64,000 bases of DNA from Paludibacteraceae bacterium (GTDB lineage Bacteria > Bacteroidota > Bacteroidia > Bacteroidales > Paludibacteraceae). The position numbers and the translations under genes are program-made. How positions within the stretch are numbered: position 1 is the first letter of the stretch; each line of letters opens with the position of its first letter. Location: contig JAFSMP010000022.1 of NCBI GenBank assembly GCA_017447875.1, forward strand, positions 366-64,365, written 5' to 3'. The notes under the pieces were generated by a model. It searched no databases and was not told the DNA's origin. It saw only the letters and a program-made list of their open reading frames with translations. Below are positions 54,300 to 60,203 of this stretch, one piece after another.

Positions 54300-54368
54300 A
54301 GTTTTATAACTTTAGAAGTTAATATAATGTAATTATTTATTTACTATATTATATATAATGTATATATA

Positions 54369-55724
54369 TTAGTCACCGATATATGCGCGAACACAACGGA
54401 AACCGATGTACGGACGGCTCTCGTACTGATACTCATACGTACGAACACCGCACTGCATGAAGTAACTGATATCCTTCCAGCTACCACCCTTCACCACCTT
54501 GCGTTTGAGGATGTCCGGATCGGCCTTACGAGCCATGTAGGTATAATCCGGGTTGAGGTCGTGTACGTGGGTGTTCATCGAACTCTGGAAGGCCGAGTTG
54601 GTCCACTCTGATACGTTACCGCCCATGTCGAACAGACCGAAGTCATTCGGACGGAACTGAGCTACACGCATCGTGGTCGTACCGGTATCATCGTTGTACG
54701 CACCACGGTAGGGCTTGAAGTTAGCAAAGAAACAACCCTTGGCATCACGGGCATAGTTGCTTCCCCACGGGTACATAGCCATCTTACGACCACCACGAGC
54801 CGCATACTCCCATTGTGCCTCCGTCGGCAGACGATAGTCGTTTGCCTCGCTCATAGAATACGAGTTGAATAACTTCGTACGCCAGTTACAGAACGCATGC
54901 GCCTGCTCCCATGTCACACCGACAACAGGATACTCTGCATAACCCGGATGCTTGAAATACATCTGGAGCAATGGGTCGTTGTACGAGAACTGGAAGTCAC
55001 GTGCCCAAACCAGTGTATCCGGATAGATACAGATGATACGGTTGGTGAGCAGATCCTTCGGTTCTCTCAACGGACGAATGATCGTCGAGTCCTTGATCTC
55101 GCCGTTCTCATTCACCCAGAAGGTATCTACACGTGCCGTAGATCCGGGAGGATAAGTACTGGTAGCCACGTCGAACTTGTTACGTTGTGGCAGCGCCTCG
55201 TCCATATTCACCCAGGTATAGCGATAGTGAAGATGGTTGGTATTGAGTTTACCATCCGAATAGTACATCGGAGCCAGTGCGTCCGCTACTTCTTCTTCCT
55301 TGCTTCCGTACGGAATCTTCTTTCGCCAGTTGAGCAGGAAATTCTCCTCGTCGAAATCTTCATCCTTCGGTTGCAAAGCATAGTCGGTCATGCCGGCGTT
55401 CACCAGATGTGTCAAAGCAATCGAGTCACGAACCCAGTTCACGAACTGGTGATACTCGTTGTTGGTGATCTCCGTCTCATCCATCCAGAATGCATCTACC
55501 GTAACCATGATGATATTATCCGGCTGCTCAAAAACAGCGGATTGCGTGTTTGCACCCATCATAAAGGAACCCTTCTTGATAAACAACATACCATAAGGAT
55601 TAGCCTCCTTGAAGTTCGTGCTCTTAATCGCACCTACCAATTCACCCGCAGGTTGGTTACAACTCGCCATAACGATCGCTAATGCGATGATCGGCAAAAT
55701 CTTTGTTACTTTCATCATATCCAA
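54369..55724 (-). CDS. porK: T9SS ring lipoprotein PorK/GldK (FGE-sulfatase-fold)
   Basis: Lipobox VMASC. Formylglycine-generating-enzyme-like domain (RLPTEAQWEYAARGG, GNVSEWT). Confidence 0.92.
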   Translation of the reverse strand: MDMMKVTKILPIIALAIVMASCNQPAGELVGAIKSTNFKEANPYGMLFIKKGSFMMGANTQSAVFEQPDNIIMVTVDAFWMDETEITNNEYHQFVNWVRDSIALTHLVNAGMTDYALQPKDEDFDEENFLLNWRKKIPYGSKEEEVADALAPMYYSDGKLNTNHLHYRYTWVNMDEALPQRNKFDVATSTYPPGSTARVDTFWVNENGEIKDSTIIRPLREPKDLLTNRIICIYPDTLVWARDFQFSYNDPLLQMYFKHPGYAEYPVVGVTWEQAHAFCNWRTKLFNSYSMSEANDYRLPTEAQWEYAARGGRKMAMYPWGSNYARDAKGCFFANFKPYRGAYNDDTGTTTMRVAQFRPNDFGLFDMGGNVSEWTNSAFQSSMNTHVHDLNPDYTYMARKADPDILKRKVVKGGSWKDISYFMQCGVRTYEYQYESRPYIGFRCVRAYIGD

Positions 55725-55756
55725 TGACTATTAATGTTCAATATTATATCTATATA

Positions 55757-56728
55757 CTATAGATAGCGAACCGATTTATATTTGTTCGTTCGTTTCGGTT
55801 TCAAAATGTCAAATCCGTATGCCAGATAAATCTCATGGCTTCCATAGCTCTCCAGCATCAGTTTGTTGGTCGGCAGTTCGCAACTGTATCCGAGTTGCAG
55901 GCCGGAGATGATGTCGATGCCCAACAGGATGTTCACACTGCCGTCTATTCGGTATCCGAGTCCCCAGCGGTAACGATCCTTGTAGTCGCACATCAGCGTG
56001 AGGTTCACATCCCAACTGACAAAATCACTCATCACCATGGCGCTGGGCGTCAATACCCAATCCCGATGATTCTTCAATCGGAAACGGTACCCGCCGGAGA
56101 CGTACATCGTACCTACCAGCGTCACTTCCGAATAGTCGTCCCAATCAATCGTCGGCCGCGTCACATGACTGTAACTGGCACCGACCCACCAAATCGGAGT
56201 GCAGTAATACAGGCCCACGCCCATGTCAAATTTCATGCCCGACTTACTACCCGAAGGTACAGCCTGATCGTTTGCATCATGATATTCATCCTCCATATCT
56301 TTGAGGTTGACTGAGTCTCCGCGGAAACCTACGTTCACAAAACCTAGGTCCACACCGGCACTCAGATAGCCTTTCCCGATCTTATGGCGATATGCATACT
56401 GCACATGAAAAGCCTGGTTGGTAAACAAACCGTATCGGTCGTTCAGGAACCGGACTCCGGCACCATGACGCGTCTTGCCTATTACAAAGGGCGATGCGAA
56501 AGTAAACCATGTACTCATTGGCGCATTGGTAATGTCCACGTATTGCATGCGGTGCATTCCTGCTACTTTCATCAAATCGCCTTCTCCCGCCGCTGCAGGA
56601 TTAAAGGCCGTCGGCATATACATATATTGCCCCATCTGCGGGTCAAACTGTGCACGCACAGCAATCACGGCTAAAAGCCCCAGCAAAAGAACAATATATC
56701 GTTTCAATTTCCAATTATCAATTATCAA
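55757..56728 (-). CDS. porP: T9SS membrane protein PorP/SprF family
   Basis: Signal peptide followed by AQFDPQMGQYMYMPTAFNPAAAGE, the PorP/SprF N-terminal signature. The start is uncertain: TTG at 56728 or TTG at 56710, both inside a heptamer array. Confidence 0.88.
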   Translation of the reverse strand: MIIDNWKLKRYIVLLLGLLAVIAVRAQFDPQMGQYMYMPTAFNPAAAGEGDLMKVAGMHRMQYVDITNAPMSTWFTFASPFVIGKTRHGAGVRFLNDRYGLFTNQAFHVQYAYRHKIGKGYLSAGVDLGFVNVGFRGDSVNLKDMEDEYHDANDQAVPSGSKSGMKFDMGVGLYYCTPIWWVGASYSHVTRPTIDWDDYSEVTLVGTMYVSGGYRFRLKNHRDWVLTPSAMVMSDFVSWDVNLTLMCDYKDRYRWGLGYRIDGSVNILLGIDIISGLQLGYSCELPTNKLMLESYGSHEIYLAYGFDILKPKRTNKYKSVRYL

Positions 56729-56760
56729 TTTTCAATTGTCAATTGTCAATTCTCAATTGA
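56705..56760. repeat. heptamer tandem array x8 (CAATTNN)
   Basis: caatttc caattat caattat caatttt caattgt caattgt caattct caattga. It fills the DUF2795-porP spacer and runs into the first porP codons. Confidence 0.95.
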
Positions 56761-56988
56761 CTAGTATTCTTCCTCATCGAAGAAGAAGTCTTCATCCTGG
56801 GTAGGATAATCAGGCCATAAATCCAAGATACTTTCATACTGTTCCTCATCATCACCCTCTAATTCTTGCAAGTTCTCAAGTACCTCAGCCGGAGCACCGA
56901 TACGGTTCGCATAATCGAGCAATTCATCCTTCGTTGCAGGCCATGGAGCATCCTCTAATTTCGAAGCTAATTCTAACGTCCAATACAT
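56761..56988 (-). CDS. DUF2795 domain protein
   Basis: LEDAPWPATKDELLDYANRIGAP matches the DUF2795 core. Acidic C-terminal tail. Confidence 0.75.
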   Translation of the reverse strand: MYWTLELASKLEDAPWPATKDELLDYANRIGAPAEVLENLQELEGDDEEQYESILDLWPDYPTQDEDFFFDEEEY

Positions 56989-57044
56989 ATTCTTCTCTTA
57001 TCACAAGTTGACCCAATACGGGCATAGTGTTTCAAAATATCGTG

Positions 57045-57076
57045 CAAAAGTAGTAAAAACTTTCCAAATGTGCAAA
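57045..57076 (-). promoter_or_regulatory. promoter upstream of DUF2795-porPKLMN (TTTG-N20-TACTTTTG)
   Basis: Minus strand TTTGCACATTTGGAAAGTTTTTACTACTTTTGCACG. About 57 nt upstream of the ATG at 56988. Confidence 0.7.
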
Positions 57077-57097
57077 TATTTTAAAGAATATTTTACG

Positions 57098-57143
57098 TTT
57101 TTTGGCAATTTTTACACATTTTATGCAATTTTTGTCAATTTTT
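57098..57143. promoter_or_regulatory. helically phased T/A-tracts (predicted curved DNA) upstream of the por promoter
   Basis: T-tracts begin at 57098, 57109, 57119, 57129 and 57139 (spacing 11/10/10/10). Three of them are the word CAATTTTT. Confidence 0.5.
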
Positions 57144-57148
57144 ACCAC

Positions 57149-57694
57149 TTATTCTGCGTTCCATGGCTCTTCTTCCTCCTTTTGGGTGAAGGCAATGAAG
57201 CGTGCCAAAACGAACAAAAAATCACTTGTTCGGTTGATGAATCGCAGCAGGACGGAAAGGTTCTCTTCTTGCGAGGTCGAAGAGTCGGCTATTTCCGTCA
57301 TTTTTCGTTCCGCCCGACGGCATATGGTGCGGCATACATGACACCGGCAGACGGGTTCAGATCCGAAGGGCAGGATGAAGGCTTTTTGACGAGGTACTTG
57401 TGCCTGCATCTCGTCGATCCACTGCTCGAGTTGGTGCACATCGGCATCGGTGATCCACTCACCCGGTGCCAGACTGAGGGCTGCTCCCAAATTGAAGAGT
57501 TTGTTCTGCAACCACGTCAATTGTTGATCGGTAACCGGTAACCCGTAACCCGTAACCGATACACGCAGCAGACCGATCCAACTGTTGAGTTCGTCTACCG
57601 TGCCGTAGGCCTCGATACGGATGTCGGACTTGGCGATACGTGTTCCATTCGCCAATGAGGTCTCTCCTTTGTCTCCTGTTTTGGTGTAAATCAT
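57149..57694 (-). CDS. ATP:cob(I)alamin adenosyltransferase, PduO type
   Basis: MIYTKTGDKGETSL...EAYGTVDELNSWIG is the PduO/MMAB N-terminal signature. ATGA overlap with the upstream methyltransferase gene. Confidence 0.88.
   Translation of the reverse strand: MIYTKTGDKGETSLANGTRIAKSDIRIEAYGTVDELNSWIGLLRVSVTGYGLPVTDQQLTWLQNKLFNLGAALSLAPGEWITDADVHQLEQWIDEMQAQVPRQKAFILPFGSEPVCRCHVCRTICRRAERKMTEIADSSTSQEENLSVLLRFINRTSDFLFVLARFIAFTQKEEEEPWNAE
57529..57556. repeat. heptamer array x4 (CGGTAAC/CCGTAAC; minus strand GTTACGG)
   Basis: cggtaac cggtaac ccgtaac ccgtaac. It encodes VTGYGLPVT in a loop of the adenosyltransferase. The unit CCGTAAC also occurs in the array at 15988-16029. Confidence 0.92.
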
Positions 57695-58494
57695 ATACGT
57701 ATTCGATAATGTCGTTTGAGGTAATGGGGATCTACGAAGAGCAGACCCATATAGTACAAGTCCATTGAGGTGGTAACCCGCGGATCCTGCTTCAGGGTTT
57801 TCCACGCCTGTTCCATCTCGTCCGAATAATGAATATCATCGATAGCGATGATGCCTTTCTCGTTCATGCGGGGTAAGAGATAATCGGCATAACGGAGGGT
57901 GGCATCACAGGTGTGGTTGGCGTCAATATAGGCGAAATCCAAATGCACGCGCGCGTGTATATATAAGGTGTCATCGATATTACCTTCATGCCACTCGATA
58001 TTCTCCAGTTTGAGGGTACGCCATACACCTTGCGCGATACGTAACACGGCCTCACTGCCTTCGAGCGTCGTGACCCGGTCACGGCTGTCCGCCGATGCCA
58101 GATAGGCGGTGGTGACACCGAACGAAGTGCCTAACTCGAGAATCTCCAGCGGTCGGTTCTCCTCTTCATGCATAAAATGCAGAATCCGGAACAGCAGTTG
58201 TGCCATCTTGGGACTCTCCAGGTGGGTACGGGCGATATCACACACGCGTCGCTCTACATGCAGTCCTTGAGGTGAACCCGCTGAACCGTAGTCGACCACA
58301 TCGAGGGTGTCGTCGCAGACCAACAACAGGTCACGTTGGCGCTCTATATCCGCAAAGCAATAGAAGGGGTTTCGATCCCGCATGTCGAAGCGCACCAGAC
58401 GGAAGAGGTAGGGCGAATGGATCGCCTCGCCGGTCGTGTTCCATGCGGTCAGAAAATGCCGGATATATGCAACTATTTGACGGATTTTGTTCAT
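57691..58494 (-). CDS. class I SAM-dependent (O-)methyltransferase
   Basis: SAM-binding motif I ILELGTSFGVTTAYLA. Start set at the ATG at 58494 (MNKIRQ), since the upstream codons are the promoter. Confidence 0.75.
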   Translation of the reverse strand: MNKIRQIVAYIRHFLTAWNTTGEAIHSPYLFRLVRFDMRDRNPFYCFADIERQRDLLLVCDDTLDVVDYGSAGSPQGLHVERRVCDIARTHLESPKMAQLLFRILHFMHEEENRPLEILELGTSFGVTTAYLASADSRDRVTTLEGSEAVLRIAQGVWRTLKLENIEWHEGNIDDTLYIHARVHLDFAYIDANHTCDATLRYADYLLPRMNEKGIIAIDDIHYSDEMEQAWKTLKQDPRVTTSMDLYYMGLLFVDPHYLKRHYRIRI

Positions 58495-58502
58495 TTGGGC
58501 TG

Positions 58503-58534
58503 CAAAAGTACTAAAAAATTTGCATATATGCAAG
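58503..58534 (-). promoter_or_regulatory. promoter for the methyltransferase operon (CTTG-N20-TACTTTTG)
   Basis: Minus strand CTTGCATATATGCAAATTTTTTAGTACTTTTGCAGCC. It shares a palindromic -33 region with the divergent promoter. Confidence 0.65.
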
Positions 58535-58550
58535 AATTTTTGTAATTTTG
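58519..58550 (+). promoter_or_regulatory. promoter for spmA/B-ybeY-pectate lyase (TTTG-N20-TAATTTTG)
   Basis: TTTG at 58519-58522 and TAATTTTG at 58543-58550. Only 4 nt separate the -7 box from the ATG at 58555. Confidence 0.65.
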
Positions 58551-58554
58551 CGGC

Positions 58555-59787
58555 ATGATTTTGAATTATATATGGATTTCGCTCATTTTACTGGCTGTTT
58601 TGATGGGTATCGTGCAGGCAGTTTGCTACGGAAACGTGGATATCTTCTCTGCGATTCTCAATTCGACGTTCGACAATGCCAAGACGGGTTTTGAACTGTC
58701 GTTAGGTCTGACGGGTGTCCTGTCCTTATGGATGGGAATCATGAAGATCGGCGAGAAAGCGGGTGCGGTGAACACGTTAGGCAAAGCGATTAATCCGTTT
58801 TTTAGTCGTATCTTCCCGGAGATTCCGGAGGGTCACCCGGTGTACGGATCGATGCTGATGAACTTCGCTGCGAACATGTTAGGGTTGGATAATGCCGCGA
58901 CTCCGATGGGTCTAAAGGCGATGGGGGAACTTCAGGAACTGAATACGAATAAGGCCAAAGCCTCGAATGCGATGGTGATGTTCGTCGTGTTGGGTGCAAG
59001 TGGTCTGACATTGATCCCGACGACCATCATGGCGTATAGGGCACAACTGGGTGCCGCGAACCCGGCGGATGTATTCCTGCCGATTCTTATCGCGACGTAT
59101 GTAGCGACGCTGGTGGGTTTGATCTGCGTATGTATCGCGCAGAAGATCAAGATGAAAGACCCGGTGGTGCCGGGTACGATCATTGGTCTGACGGCATTGG
59201 TGGCAGTGATGGTCTGGGGAGCGACGAGGCTTAGTCCGCATACGTTGTCAGTGGCTTCGGCTGCGGTAGCTGCAATCTTGCTGTTAGGCGTGATCTGCTG
59301 GTTCGTGATCCAGGCGATGAGCAAGGGTATCAATGTGTATGATGCGTTTATCGACGGAGCCAAAGGCGGATTTCAGACGGCGATAGGGATCATCCCATAC
59401 CTGATTGCTATCCTGGTGGCGGTAGGAATGTTCCGTGCCAGCGGAGCGATGGGGATGTTAGAGGACGGTATCGCCTGGTGCTTTGCCGCCTGCGGTATCA
59501 ATCCCGATCTTGCCGGTGCGGTGCCTACGGCACTGATGAAACCGCTGAGCGGAGGCGGAGCACGCGGACTGATGTTAGAAGCGATGACTACTCACGGTGC
59601 AGACAGTCTGGTGGGACGTCTGTGCTGTATCCTGCAAGGCACGACGGACACGACGTTCTACGTGCTGGCGGTCTATTTCGGTAGCGTGAATATCAAAGAT
59701 ACGGGTCACACGGTAGCTTGTTGTTTATTGGCAGACTTAGCCGGTGCCATTGCTGCCTTTGCGATTGCACCGATATTCTTCGGATGA
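58555..59787 (+). CDS. nucleoside-recognition (Gate) domain membrane protein, SpmA/SpmB-like fusion
   Basis: MILNYIWISLILLAVLMG N-terminus and a duplicated polytopic Gate-domain layout. 410 aa. Confidence 0.75.
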   Translation: MILNYIWISLILLAVLMGIVQAVCYGNVDIFSAILNSTFDNAKTGFELSLGLTGVLSLWMGIMKIGEKAGAVNTLGKAINPFFSRIFPEIPEGHPVYGSMLMNFAANMLGLDNAATPMGLKAMGELQELNTNKAKASNAMVMFVVLGASGLTLIPTTIMAYRAQLGAANPADVFLPILIATYVATLVGLICVCIAQKIKMKDPVVPGTIIGLTALVAVMVWGATRLSPHTLSVASAAVAAILLLGVICWFVIQAMSKGINVYDAFIDGAKGGFQTAIGIIPYLIAILVAVGMFRASGAMGMLEDGIAWCFAACGINPDLAGAVPTALMKPLSGGGARGLMLEAMTTHGADSLVGRLCCILQGTTDTTFYVLAVYFGSVNIKDTGHTVACCLLADLAGAIAAFAIAPIFFG

Positions 59788-60203
59788 TACGGTTTACAGT
59801 AGATAGTATCGAGATGCCGGCGTTGGATGAACGCAAGGTAACGAGGTGGATCAAGTCCGTGGGTGCGGAGTATGGGTTCAGTGTGGGTAATATCACGTAT
59901 ATCTTCTGCTCCGACGAGCGGGAGTTGGCGGTGAACCGCGAGTTCCTCGGGCATGACTACTACACGGATGTGATTACGTTCGACTACTCGACCGCTTCGA
60001 CGCTTAACGGCGATATCTTCATCTCGTTGGACACGGTGCGGTCGAATGCCGAGATGGTGGGTACGAGTTTTGAGCATGAGTTACATCGTATCCTGATTCA
60101 CGGCGTACTGCATCTGACAGGTCAAGGGGACAAGACGCCGGAGACGAAAGCGCAGATGACCGAAAAAGAAGAAAAAGCATTAGCTAAAATCTCACTCATA
60201 TGA
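59784..60203 (+). CDS. ybeY: rRNA maturation RNase YbeY
   Basis: HRILIHGVLHLTGQGD is the HGxLHLxGxxH zinc motif. ATGA overlaps at both ends. Confidence 0.9.
   Translation: MIRFTVDSIEMPALDERKVTRWIKSVGAEYGFSVGNITYIFCSDERELAVNREFLGHDYYTDVITFDYSTASTLNGDIFISLDTVRSNAEMVGTSFEHELHRILIHGVLHLTGQGDKTPETKAQMTEKEEKALAKISLI

Noticed and set aside
54300-54368. The 69-nt porK-porL spacer, extremely TA-rich (tatattatatataatgtatatatatta), as a possible internal promoter.
   Set aside because: There is no TAnnTTTG box on the minus strand. It is low-complexity AT sequence of the kind seen in other spacers of this operon.
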